Part shown: positions 40,836 through 50,800 of the stretch, piece after piece
How positions within the stretch are numbered: the first letter of the stretch is position 1
How the letters are laid out: each line of letters begins with the position of its first letter
From: an uncultured Pseudomonadota bacterium
Lineage (GTDB): Bacteria > Oederibacteriota > Muellerivitia > Muellerivitales > Muellerivitaceae
Direction of reading: 5' to 3'
Assembly: GCA_963836235.1 (NCBI GenBank)
Contig: CAWIIP010000002.1
Coordinates: forward strand, 1,990,120 to 2,054,119
Length of the DNA: 64,000 nt
Notes under the pieces: generated by a model
Database searches by the model: none
Told to the model about the DNA's origin: nothing
The model's input: only the letters and a program-made list of their open reading frames with translations
Made by a program: the position numbers and the translations under genes

Positions 40836-41879
40836 ATGTTGAAGCATTTTCCCGTTTTAAAAATCATCCAGTCCCAATTGATGAAAGTCGTGGGGATGTT
40901 TACCCTTTGGCTCTTCCTCACCGTGGGAGTGGGGGTGGCCGCCGCCCAATTTTTCCAAGACTCGGTGACGGTGGAATATATCGCGGTCGGGGCGGGGTTT
41001 CTGCTGCTGTTTTGGTGGGGTATTTTATCCTGGCGGGTCCGCAACCGCGTCGCCCTTGACCTTCAAGACCTCTTCGTCGCGAACCAAATGATCCCTTTCA
41101 ACTTCGTCAGGCTTACGGGGTCCATGCCCTGGAGCGCGGGGTCCAACCTGGAAAAACTCATCAAGTCCAGCGCCCAAGAATACAAAACCCTTTTGGAAAA
41201 AGCCAAGTTGTCCAACCAGACTTTGGAAAAATACGTGGGAACCTCCGTGAGCGAAAGGGCCGCGAATAAGGCTTTGAATTCGGAATTGGGCGGCGAATTG
41301 CGCCGGGTTTACGTCTTGTTTTCCGACATCCGGGGTTTTACCCGCATGACCGAGCTTTTGAAACCCGAGGAGACGGTTGAGGTATTGAATAAGATGTTCA
41401 GCGCGATGGAAGAAGTCATCACCCAGAACGGCGGCGACATCAATAAATACATTGGGGACGCCATCTTCGCTTATTTCCGGCGGCCCTACGGCAACGAAGG
41501 GGAGGCGGCGAAAATGGTCCTGCGTACCGCCATGCGCATGCAGGACCGGTTCGAGGTCTTGAACCAAACCTTCAAGACAGCCTATAGCCAGGAGATCAAG
41601 ATCGGCCTGGGCATCGGCATCACCGCCGGGGAGGCCATCCAAGGCAACCTGGGGTCCTCGAACCGCATGGAGTTCACCCTGATCGGCGACACGGTCAATA
41701 TGGCTTCCCGGCTTTGCGGCATCGCCGAACACGGACAGGTTCTAGTGAACGAGGAGATGGCCGGCGCAGCGAAGGACTTCTTCGAGATGACGGCGCTTTC
41801 ACCGGTGCGCATCAAGGGCAAGTCGGAGGTCCAAACACCCTATTCGGTCATCGGTGAGCGGCTGACGATGGGAAGGTAG
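40836..41879 (+). CDS. Class III adenylate cyclase with 2 TM
   Basis: LFSDIRGFT, INKYIGDA, FTLIGDTVNMASRL. Confidence 0.9.
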   Translation: MLKHFPVLKIIQSQLMKVVGMFTLWLFLTVGVGVAAAQFFQDSVTVEYIAVGAGFLLLFWWGILSWRVRNRVALDLQDLFVANQMIPFNFVRLTGSMPWSAGSNLEKLIKSSAQEYKTLLEKAKLSNQTLEKYVGTSVSERAANKALNSELGGELRRVYVLFSDIRGFTRMTELLKPEETVEVLNKMFSAMEEVITQNGGDINKYIGDAIFAYFRRPYGNEGEAAKMVLRTAMRMQDRFEVLNQTFKTAYSQEIKIGLGIGITAGEAIQGNLGSSNRMEFTLIGDTVNMASRLCGIAEHGQVLVNEEMAGAAKDFFEMTALSPVRIKGKSEVQTPYSVIGERLTMGR

Positions 41880-41952
41880 TTAGTACCGGTTTTGAATGAT
41901 GCCTTTTGAGTTCTAAGTTTTTGAAATTCCCGCGAGATAAATTGGACGGAAC

Positions 41953-43206
41953 GTGAAGAAAAAGAACCCTCCCCCAAAAAAGGTCAAGAGCCTTTCATCC
42001 CCGAAGGCGGACGCCGCTTACCGCCATTTCGGCCTGAAGTTTGATCCCTTCACTACTTTGGCGCTTCAAAAACATAACTTGGATTATTTCGTCGGCAGGG
42101 AAACCTTGATCGACCGGCTGCTCTCCGCCATGTTTTCGGTGTCCAATGTCGGCGTGGCGGGCGAACCGGGGGTGGGCAAAAGCAGTTTGATGCAGTTGTT
42201 GAAAAGCCGGGTGCCTTCCCGTTTTTATCACGTCAGCATCGGAGTGCCGTTGGACGACGCCACTTACTTCCTCTCGGAATTGCTGCGGGAAATGCTGTTG
42301 ACCATCCCGCCCGCGCCGGGCCTGAACTTCAAGGAAATCAGCCGGAGGCTGGAAGCGGGCGAGTTGAGCAAGAACGCGATCTTTTCCAATATCCGGTCGA
42401 TCGTCTCGCGGCTCAAAAAGCCGCTTCTGGTTTTCGTGGATGACCTGGAAAAAATCAAAAGCGACCGGGTCCAGCATTTAACCCGTTCCGAAAGAACGCT
42501 TCAGCTACTGGAGGAATTAAAATCCCTGCTGGAATTGCCGAACGTGGGTTTTGTCATGGCCTTGCAGGAGGAGTTTTATTCCAAGGTCAGCCAGGTGGTC
42601 AAGGAAGGGGCCGAACCCACTGTCCTGGGGCTTTTCAAGAACGTGGTCCTGGTTGAGAAATTCGGCCAAGAGGAATTGAAAGCGATCCTTTCCCTGCGCT
42701 TGAGACAAGCGGGATTCAAAAAGGATTTGGATGATTTTTTAGAGCCCGAAGCCCTGACGATGGCCCTGTCCCTTTCTTCCGGCAACCCGCGCCGGTTCAT
42801 GTATCTGCTTTCCGAGGCCATGTATTGCGGGTTCAAACGAAAGGCCAAGCGGGTGGAGTTCCAGGACTTGTTCGAGGCGGTGAACGAGCACCTGAAGCTG
42901 GACCTGGTTTGCAAGAAACTCCTTTATTTCCTGGCCAAGTCGGGCCGGGCAGTGGCCTCCAACACGGACCTGCAGGCTTTCATGGGGTTGGACATGATTT
43001 CCATCGTTCGGCGCCTGGAAATTCTCTCGAAGAACCGGCTGGCGGAGATGGTGGATGTGGTCAACGGCACCAAGGTCTATGCCCTGCCGGGTTTCAAGGA
43101 AAGCGTCCCCGAATCCTCTCTCTCCACCCTGACCAAAATGACCCAATCGGCCAATGGCGAGCGGGTTTACAATCTCTTGAGCGCCAAAGACCAGGAACTT
43201 TCGTGA
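41953..43206 (+). CDS. AAA+ ATPase with C-terminal wHTH-like region
   Basis: FVGRE, GEPGVGKS, VFVDDLE, GNPRR. Confidence 0.8.
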   Translation: MKKKNPPPKKVKSLSSPKADAAYRHFGLKFDPFTTLALQKHNLDYFVGRETLIDRLLSAMFSVSNVGVAGEPGVGKSSLMQLLKSRVPSRFYHVSIGVPLDDATYFLSELLREMLLTIPPAPGLNFKEISRRLEAGELSKNAIFSNIRSIVSRLKKPLLVFVDDLEKIKSDRVQHLTRSERTLQLLEELKSLLELPNVGFVMALQEEFYSKVSQVVKEGAEPTVLGLFKNVVLVEKFGQEELKAILSLRLRQAGFKKDLDDFLEPEALTMALSLSSGNPRRFMYLLSEAMYCGFKRKAKRVEFQDLFEAVNEHLKLDLVCKKLLYFLAKSGRAVASNTDLQAFMGLDMISIVRRLEILSKNRLAEMVDVVNGTKVYALPGFKESVPESSLSTLTKMTQSANGERVYNLLSAKDQELS

Positions 43207-43517
43207 AAAGTTACCTGGTTCTCGTCACGACTCCCAACCGGTCCGTCAGCGAGAAGCTCTCCAAGGGCCTGGTTCAAAAAAAACTGGCGGCCTGCGTCAA
43301 CCGCGTGCCCGGTATCCACAGCCGCTACTGGTGGAAGGGAAAAATCGAGACCGCCCGGGAAGAACTGCTTCTCATTAAAACCCAACAAAAACGCATGCCC
43401 GCCTTGACAAAGTGGATTAAGGAAAACCATCCTTATACCGTTTGCGAGATCATCGCCCTTCCGATTATGGGCGGGAATCGGGCCTATTTGGATTGGATCG
43501 GCCAAAGCCTCGCTTAA
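43203..43517 (+). CDS. cutA: CutA (PII-superfamily) protein
   Basis: GTG start overlaps the upstream TGA; KLAACVN..PGI.S.YWWKG, HPY.V.EII.LP. Confidence 0.9.
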   Translation: MKSYLVLVTTPNRSVSEKLSKGLVQKKLAACVNRVPGIHSRYWWKGKIETAREELLLIKTQQKRMPALTKWIKENHPYTVCEIIALPIMGGNRAYLDWIGQSLA

Positions 43518-43547
43518 GGTTTTCCGGACGGAAAGGGTTTTCACTCC

Positions 43548-44957
43548 ATGTCTTCCTTCGAATCAAAGCACCTGTCCTTTCAGCGGCTGATCCTCATCCG
43601 ATGGGTCTGCATTTGCTTTGTCGCCCTGCTGGTGCTGATATTGGAAAAAAGGTTCCCCGATAATCCTTTCGCCGGTGTTTGGATTATTTTACTGATCGTC
43701 AGTTTTTTCAATATCCTGATGATGCTTTTGAGCCCTATTCGGCGTTTGTCGGGATTTTTAATCGGACTGGGATTTCTTTTGGATGGTTTGCTGCTCTGCT
43801 GGGGAGTTTCCATCACGGGAGGACCCTTGAGCGCTTACATCCCTTTTTATCTTTTCATCATTATGGCCGCCTGCCTGGTGGCTTCTCCGCCCGTCGCTGT
43901 TTTCACCGCCCTGCTGCAAATCATCCTCTTTCTTTCGACCCTTTGGTTTTGCTATCACCACCATATCCCCTCCGATTTCACCCCGCGCAACTCCAATCTT
44001 TTCTATGGCATCATGGAATCCGCGCCGCCGGAGGTCCGGGCCGGCATCTATCTGGAGCAGGCCGTTCGTTGGACCGCTTTCTTTATCCTGGCCACGCTCG
44101 TCTGCGGGTTGCTGGTCCGGCAAGTTTGGAACCGGGAAGAGCGGTTGAGGACCCATGAAAAATCGCTGGAGCAAAAGCACCACTTGATTCAAATGGGAGA
44201 ATTGACGGGAAGAATCGCCCACGGCGTGAATACCCCCCTGGGCCTCATTTCGGGCAACCTGGAAATGGTCCTGGCCGAAACCCGCAAAGGCAGCAAGACC
44301 CACCAGAATCTCCTGCAGATTGAACACTATGTCCAAAGGGCCATCCGGACGGTCCGGGATATTCTCGATTACAGCCGGCAAAGCCTTTCCGAGATCAAGT
44401 CTGTTTCTTTAGCCCAGATCATCCACTCGGTGGTCTCGGCGATCCAACCCAAGCTGAAAAAGACCCAAGGCCGATTGATCCTGGACCTGGACTCCCAATT
44501 GCCGGAAATGAAGGCCTATCCCGAGGGGTTATTCCAAGCGCTTTTGAACCTGGTCGAAAACGCCCTGGACTCGATACCCGAGGGCGGACTGATCACTTTA
44601 TCCGCTCATTTTAAGTATCGCTCCATGCGGTTGAGCGCGGAGGACCGCCGCGGGGAAATCCGGGTGGTGGTCAGGGATACGGGGAAGGGCATTCCCCCGG
44701 CGGAGTTAAAGCGCATTTTCGAGCCTTTTTATTCCACCAAGGGTTTTGGGAAGGGAACGGGATTGGGATTGGCCATCGTCAAACGAATCGTCGATGAGCA
44801 TCAGGGACAAATCAAGGTGGAAAGCCGGCTCGGGGAGGGCACGGTTTTCACCCTTTTGTTCCCCACCGACGGATTGGTTCGCCAAGAGGGCTCCCCTCCG
44901 GGCGATTTTAACTATAATGAAAACAACTCGTCACAGAAGGAAAACAAGAATGGTTAA
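43548..44957 (+). CDS. Membrane sensor histidine kinase
   Basis: ~6 TM; IAHGVNTPL, NLVENA, DTGKGI, FEPFYSTK..GKGTGLGL. Confidence 0.92.
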   Translation: MSSFESKHLSFQRLILIRWVCICFVALLVLILEKRFPDNPFAGVWIILLIVSFFNILMMLLSPIRRLSGFLIGLGFLLDGLLLCWGVSITGGPLSAYIPFYLFIIMAACLVASPPVAVFTALLQIILFLSTLWFCYHHHIPSDFTPRNSNLFYGIMESAPPEVRAGIYLEQAVRWTAFFILATLVCGLLVRQVWNREERLRTHEKSLEQKHHLIQMGELTGRIAHGVNTPLGLISGNLEMVLAETRKGSKTHQNLLQIEHYVQRAIRTVRDILDYSRQSLSEIKSVSLAQIIHSVVSAIQPKLKKTQGRLILDLDSQLPEMKAYPEGLFQALLNLVENALDSIPEGGLITLSAHFKYRSMRLSAEDRRGEIRVVVRDTGKGIPPAELKRIFEPFYSTKGFGKGTGLGLAIVKRIVDEHQGQIKVESRLGEGTVFTLLFPTDGLVRQEGSPPGDFNYNENNSSQKENKNG

Positions 44958-45435
44958 GAAAGCTGTCGGGAAAAAAGTAGCCGCCGCGAAAAAACCAAAA
45001 AAAAATTCCCTGGGGAAAGCCCACTTGCTGGTCGTGGATGATGAGGCCGATTTCGGGAAGATGATTCAAAAGGTTCTGGCGCAAGCCGGTTACCGGGTGG
45101 ACGCGGCCACGAGCGCGACCCAAGCCATCGCCCTCCAGCGAAAACATTTCTATGACCTGGCCGTGGTCGATATGCGCATGCCTGAAATGACGGGGTTGGA
45201 ATTACTCCAATACCTGAAGGTGCGGGACAAGAAAATTTTCGTCATGATTATGACGGCCTACGGTTCCTTTTCGGTCGGAATCGAAGCCCTCCGAAGAGGA
45301 GCCTGTGATTACTTGACGAAGCCTTTTAAATTGAAGACGTTAAAAGACAAGGTGGCCGAAGCCATCGCGCGCCGCTCCCAGTTTCTTGAGGAACAAAGGG
45401 TCTTCCCTCAAGGGGCCACCGTGGACGAATGGTGA
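44950..45435 (+). CDS. Single-domain response regulator with Lys-rich N-terminus
   Basis: LVVDDE, DMRMPEMTG, MTAYG, YLTKPF; ATG overlaps the kinase end. Confidence 0.88.
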   Translation: MVKKAVGKKVAAAKKPKKNSLGKAHLLVVDDEADFGKMIQKVLAQAGYRVDAATSATQAIALQRKHFYDLAVVDMRMPEMTGLELLQYLKVRDKKIFVMIMTAYGSFSVGIEALRRGACDYLTKPFKLKTLKDKVAEAIARRSQFLEEQRVFPQGATVDEW

Positions 45436-45529
45436 CTTTTAAAACGGCCCTGAATTTTAAATGACGGGACTTCTTGAACCCGTTCGTTCGAAGTCCATCA
45501 CTCGAATTTTGAAATAAAGGATTTCCCGG

Positions 45530-46195
45530 ATGCCCCCGAAAAATGTTTCGCCGTCCAAACGCCGCAATATTCCCGAACCCACCATCGCCCGGCTTCCGCG
45601 TTACTTGCGGAGTTTCGCCGAGTTTATGCAGAAACATCAAGTGGTGATTTCCTCCAAGGAGCTGGCGGCCGTTTCCAGCATCAACCCCGCACAGGTTCGT
45701 AAAGACTTGGCTTACTTTGGCCAGTTCGGCCAGCGGGGAATCGGCTATGACGTCAAAATTCTCGATGGGAAGATGCGGGAAATATTGGGCCTGCATAAGG
45801 CCTGGAGAATCGCGCTGGTTGGCGCCGGTAACCTGGGCACGGCCCTTTTACAATATGGCGGCTTTTCAAAGGCGGGCTTCAAAATCGAGGCGGCTTTTGA
45901 CGTGGATCCCTCCAAAGTGGGATGGGAATTGGAAGGGGTCCGTATTTGGGCCACCCCGGCCATCAGGCAAGTCGTGCGGGAAAAGAAGATCGAGATCGGG
46001 ATCATCGCGGTCCCCGCCAGCCAGGCCCAGCGGGTCGCCGACGACCTGGTGGACGGGGGCATCCGGGCCATCCTCAATTTCGCGCCCTGTATTTTGACCG
46101 TCCCCAAGTCGGTGATCGTCCGAGGGGTGGATTTAGCCTCCGAATTGGAAAACCTGACTTACTTCCTCGAAAAGTCCAGCAAGGCTGAAAAATAA
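45530..46195 (+). CDS. rex: Redox-sensing repressor Rex
   Basis: IPEPTIARLPRY, QVRKDLAYFGQFGQRGIGY, GAGNLG, ILNFAP. Confidence 0.96.
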   Translation: MPPKNVSPSKRRNIPEPTIARLPRYLRSFAEFMQKHQVVISSKELAAVSSINPAQVRKDLAYFGQFGQRGIGYDVKILDGKMREILGLHKAWRIALVGAGNLGTALLQYGGFSKAGFKIEAAFDVDPSKVGWELEGVRIWATPAIRQVVREKKIEIGIIAVPASQAQRVADDLVDGGIRAILNFAPCILTVPKSVIVRGVDLASELENLTYFLEKSSKAEK

Positions 46196-46274
46196 TTGTT
46201 TCAAAAAGGTAAACGGCATGATACTTTTTCATGTGCCACCTGAGGGAAGAACGAAAAGGGATATACAGCCAATA

Positions 46275-46925
46275 ATGAAAAAAACGTTAAAAGTTATTGA
46301 GACCAAAACATTCCAGGGGTTTCGGAAAATGTACCACGTTTTGGCTTCCTCCTTATTTCCCTTGGCTTACCTTTATCCTCCTTTTCACTGGGGCACACCT
46401 GAAATCCGTAAATGGCTATTAATCGTTTCGGGAGCTTGTTTCCTCATCTCCTTTTCCCTGGATTTTTTAAGATTGAGGGACCATAAATTTAATTCCTGGT
46501 TCATGGGTATTTTTTCTGAATTTATCCGCCGGACCGAAACCAACAAATTCAACGGCTCAACCTTTCTTTGCCTGGCTTTTTTCCTAGTCATCTTCTTTTT
46601 TTCCCGCAACGTGGCCATGACCGCCATGTTTTTCCTTTCCCTGGGGGACGCCGCCGCGGAATTAGGAGGGAAGAATTTCGGACGCCTGAAAATTTTCGGA
46701 AAATCGCTGGAAGGAACATTGGCCTTCTTCCTGGTCGCCTTCCTGACCGCTTACGTGCTTTTCGAGAATTGGCAGATCGCCTTTATCGGAGCCCTGGTGG
46801 GGGCTTTGGTCGAACTTTTTTCGTTCGATTTGGACGACAACCTCACGGTACCCATAGGTTCAGCCTTGGCCCTTTCTTGCGCGGTGGTCTTGTTTCATGT
46901 CGGTAATGGTCTTTTTTCCTTTTAA
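46275..46925 (+). CDS. Polyprenol/phytol/DAG kinase (CTP-dependent) family protein
   Basis: RKMYH, LGDAAAELGG, KSLEG, DDNLTVP. Confidence 0.85.
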   Translation: MKKTLKVIETKTFQGFRKMYHVLASSLFPLAYLYPPFHWGTPEIRKWLLIVSGACFLISFSLDFLRLRDHKFNSWFMGIFSEFIRRTETNKFNGSTFLCLAFFLVIFFFSRNVAMTAMFFLSLGDAAAELGGKNFGRLKIFGKSLEGTLAFFLVAFLTAYVLFENWQIAFIGALVGALVELFSFDLDDNLTVPIGSALALSCAVVLFHVGNGLFSF

Positions 46926-47136
46926 AAGTTATTCTCCTAAAAAATCCGAATAACCCCCCAAGGGCCGGTTTCAGTCCTTGAGCCGCCGTTAAAAAACTAA
47001 CCATTTGTTCAATATATGCCTAAGGATTTAAGGTTTTTCCAACTCGGCTTGCACTAAAGTCCTTCCCGCCCGTCTAAACCATAGATAAAGTTTAAAAGAA
47101 TCAGCCTTTTTGCCGAGAAGGTAACCCGTTACCTTT

Positions 47137-47152
47137 TGGCATATTTGATGCT
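47137..47152 (+). promoter_or_regulatory. sigma54 -24/-12 promoter
   Basis: TGGCATATTTGATGCT (GG-N10-GC); same TGGCATA...TGCT frame as the promoters at 10945 and 15547. Confidence 0.7.
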
Positions 47153-47179
47153 TTTAATTATGCTGAAGTTAGAGTCACC

Positions 47180-47463
47180 CGCTTGCAAGCGATGCCTCGG
47201 AACCGAAGTATGTTGTTTGAAATGGTACCCGGCCCTTTTTTCCACAGTCAATTCAGCTCAGGAAAAAAGGGCGTGCCCAGCGGCCTTGCGAATTTAAGCG
47301 CAAGCGAAACTGGGGGGAAGTTGCCCAATGCTTCACCTACCCTCATCCCCTAATTCGATCTTGGCTTTGCCAAGAAAGAGGATATGAGGGTCACCCAGTC
47401 CTCCTTTGTCCGGGTTTTACCCGGTTCGGTAGAGGGACGGGGTACGGATGCCGGAAAGCGAGG
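47180..47463 (+). ncRNA. Putative large structured RNA (leader or ncRNA), family not recognised
   Basis: Five nested hairpin arms closed by long-range stems, identified by eye (see findings); ORF-free. Confidence 0.6.
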
Positions 47464-47468
47464 AAGCC

Positions 47469-47624
47469 ATGGATGAGAACTGCGGTAGGATTAACCGACT
47501 GCTGAACTTGTACCGGGCTGGAAAATTGACGGAGGAAGAGAAAGCTGACGTGGAATATCATTTACTTTGTTGTCCCGAATGCATATTCCTGTTGACCCTT
47601 GTTCCGTCGTTGAGCCACGAATAA
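47469..47624 (+). CDS. 51-aa stand-alone zf-HC2 (anti-sigma-type Zn finger) protein, below the ORF-track cutoff
   Basis: Hand translation MDENCGRINRLLNLYRAGKLTEEEKADVEYHLLCCPECIFLLTLVPSLSHE*; Cx..HxxxCxxC pattern; GAGGA RBS. Confidence 0.8.
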   Translation: MDENCGRINRLLNLYRAGKLTEEEKADVEYHLLCCPECIFLLTLVPSLSHE

Positions 47625-47652
47625 GTTCTGTTTCAATAAAATTGAATGCCAT

Positions 47653-47680
47653 GAGCCCGCCCTGCCCGGCGGGCTTTTTT
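47653..47680 (+). terminator. Intrinsic terminator
   Basis: AGCCCGCC-CTGCCC-GGCGGGCT followed by a T-tract. Confidence 0.85.
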
Positions 47681-47847
47681 GTATAACTTAAAAATGAGTT
47701 TTTTTGTTTCTTGGCCCTTTTTAGCCCTTTCTTGACTTTCCCCGGAACTTCGTCAAAAATCATCCCGCATTTTATTTAACTGCCCAGGGATTTCTGCGCC
47801 TAGGAGCGCGGAAAGCCCTTATTGTGTTTACGGCAAAAGCTTGGAAT

Positions 47848-50800
47848 ATGGAAAAAACCGAAGAAACGGCGGCGGCCTCCGCGCCCAAGTCGCCTTTCGC
47901 TTTTGAAAAGCTCTCCTGGCCCGCCGCCGAAGAGGCCTTTCAAAGCCTCAAGGCCGGAAAATCCCGAACCCTTATTCATGGCGTTCCGGGATCGGCAAAA
48001 TCTTTTCTGTTGGCCTGGTTTTACCGGAAACTCCGGGAAAAAAATCCCTGGCTCCTCGTGACTCCCACCCGGGAAGAAGCCTTGTCCCTGCAAGACGATC
48101 TTTCCACTTGGCTTCCGGAGGTTCCCGTCTATCTTTGCCCTTCCTGGGAAACCCTTCCCCAAGACGTGGAAACGCCCGATCCGGAACTCATCGGGGAACG
48201 CCAGCGGACCTTCTACCGGCTGACGCAGGGCGAAGCCTGTATCGTGGTGGCCCCCCTGATGGGCGCCCTTCAAGGCACCATGACCCCGGACGAATGGATC
48301 GATGAGGTGCTTATCCTCAAAAAAGGCCAGGAGGTCCCCGCGAACTTAAAAGAAAAACTGGTGTCCCTAGGATATGAACCCGCCACCCAGGTGGTCCAAC
48401 TGGGGCAGTTCGCCATGCGGGGCGGTATCCTGGACCTGGCCTCGCCCGGTTCCCCCTCGGGCCCCGTGCGGCTGGAGCTTTTCGGCGACACGCTTGAGTC
48501 GGTGCGGCCCCTTGATATCCTGAACCAACGCTCCAGCGGCAACCTGGAAGAGGTTTTTGTTTTTCCGGCCCACGAGATCGTCCTCAAGGACGAGACCCGC
48601 TACAATTTGCGCCAGGCCCTCAAAACAAAAGCGAAGGCCGTAACGGAAAAAACACCCTCGCGCTGGGCGCAAGAGGCACTGGATCTTTTCGGCCAGACCC
48701 ATCAGTTTCCCGGCTGGCAGTGGCAGGGGGTTGGGGCCTTGGAAAAGAGGGCCTGCCTTTTCGACTACCTGCCGAAGGAGACCCGCGTCTTTTTGATGGA
48801 ACCCCTGGCTTTCGAACGCAAGTGGGAAGAACTACAGGACCTGTTTTCAAGCTGCAATAAACAGGCGAAAGACGACGGCTCGGACCTTTTTGACGCCGAG
48901 GATCTTTTTTCCGATATCGGCTTCCTGAAAAAGGCCCTGGGGAAAGGACAGGCCTCGGGCCTTTCCCAGATCGACCAGGATCTTTTCCAGGAACCGGCCG
49001 ACTTTTCCCACGCGGTGCCCGGGCGGTCCCTGGCGCCTTATTACGGCAAATTCGCCACCTTTACCGGCGACCTGAAAAAATGGCTCAAGGAACCACCGGA
49101 TAGTTCGGATATTTCCCGGAAATCCCAGGTCCTTCTTTGGTGCCATAACAAGGGAGAAAGGGAAAGACTCTCGGAGCTTTTGCGCCAGGAGGATATCGTC
49201 CCCAAGGACAACCCACAGCTTTCCATGGTCCTGGGCGAAATCGAGCAGGGTTTCGCCTTTGATGACATCCAGCTTCACGTCCTGCCGGACCACGATCTTT
49301 TCCGCCGCTACCGGGGCCGGCGCCTCCGGCGGATCCGGGCGGTTTCGGGCGGCAAGCCCCTTTCCTCCCTCAGCGAAATCTCCATCGGCGATTGGACGGT
49401 TCACGTCGACAGCGGCATCTGCCTCTACCGGGGACTCACCCCCCTGGCCATCGACGGGGTCACTCGGGAATATATCCAGCTGGAATTCGCAGATAGCGAA
49501 AAGATTTACCTGCCCACGGACCAGATCGCCCTCATCCAGCGCTATATCGGAAGCGAGGGGTCGCCGGTCCTCTCCAAATTGGGAGGGGAGCAATGGAGTA
49601 AGGCCAAGGCCAAGGTGAAAAGGGAGGTCGAGGCCATCGCGCGGGAACTGATGGCCCTCTATTCCACCCGCCAGGTTTTAAAAAAGCGACCTTTCCCGCC
49701 CGATACGCCCTGGCAGCATGAGTTCGAGGACGCCTTCCTTTACGACCTGACGCCCGGCCAATACACCTCGGTGCGGGACGTGAAGCGGGACATGGAATCC
49801 GACCGGGTTATGGACCGCCTCGTTTGCGGCGACGTGGGTTATGGAAAGACCGAGGTTGCCATGCGGGCGGCTTTCAAGGCGGTGCAGGACCATCGGCAGG
49901 TGGCGGTCCTGGTGCCCACCACCATCCTGGCCCAACAGCATTACAACACTTTCAAGGAACGCATGGGCGAATACCCGGTGGAGATCCAGATGCTGTCGCG
50001 TTTCCGTTCCAAGGCTGAAATCAAGAAGACCCTGGACCTGGCCCGGGAGGGAAAGGTGGACATTGTCATCGGCACCCACCGGCTTTTGACCAAAGACGTG
50101 CGATTCGCCAATCTCGGCCTTTTGGTCATTGACGAGGAACACCGTTTCGGCGTTTCCCAAAAAGAAAAATTAAAGGCCCTCAAACATGACGTGGATGTGT
50201 TGACCCTGACAGCCACCCCCATTCCTCGAACGCTCCACATGTCCCTCTCCGGCATCCGGGAAATCTCCGTGATCGACACCCCGCCGAAAAACCGGCGGTC
50301 GGTGCTTTCCCAGGTTTCTCCCTTGGACGACCGGCTGGTGGCGGAAGCCATCCGCCGCGAGATGAACCGGGAAGGGCAGGTTTTTTACGTCCATAACCAC
50401 GTAAAGGACATTGAGCGCATCGCCGACCGCCTGCACAAGCTGGTGCCCGAGGCTAAGCTGGGGGTGGCTCATGGCCAACTGACGGAGCATGAATTGGAAT
50501 CCATCATGTTGGATTTCGTGGACAGGGAATACCACGTGCTGGTCTGCACTTCCATCATCGAGTCGGGGCTGGACATGCCCAACGTGAACACCCTGATAGT
50601 GGAAAGGGCTGACGCCTTCGGGTTGGCCCAGCTTTACCAGTTGAAGGGCCGGGTGGGGCGAACGGATCGGCAGGCCTACGCCTATTTCTTCTATCCCCGC
50701 CACGTGACACTTCGGGAACTGGCCCAAAAGCGCCTGGAGGTGCTGCAGGAATTCTCCTCGCTGGGCTCGGGCATGCACGTGGCCATGAAGGACATGGAAA

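Noticed and set aside
42825-43202. Long N-terminal extension on CutA
   Set aside because: It overlaps the AAA+ gene out of frame; GTG at 43203 gives a normal 104-aa CutA.
41953-43206. Anti-phage STAND/AAA defence system
   Set aside because: No nuclease, TIR, SIR2 or other effector nearby, and the context is housekeeping/signalling.
47180-47463. Assignment to RNase P, tmRNA, 6S, cobalamin riboswitch or group II intron
   Set aside because: No GAGGAAAGUCC, tRNA-like ends, B12 box or domain V found by eye; the multi-arm fold is unlike the 6S rod. cmscan is still needed.
47491-47763. 90-aa minus-strand ORF
   Set aside because: Antisense to the zf-HC2 ORF and terminator, with no motif; the + strand reading has promoter, RBS and domain support.
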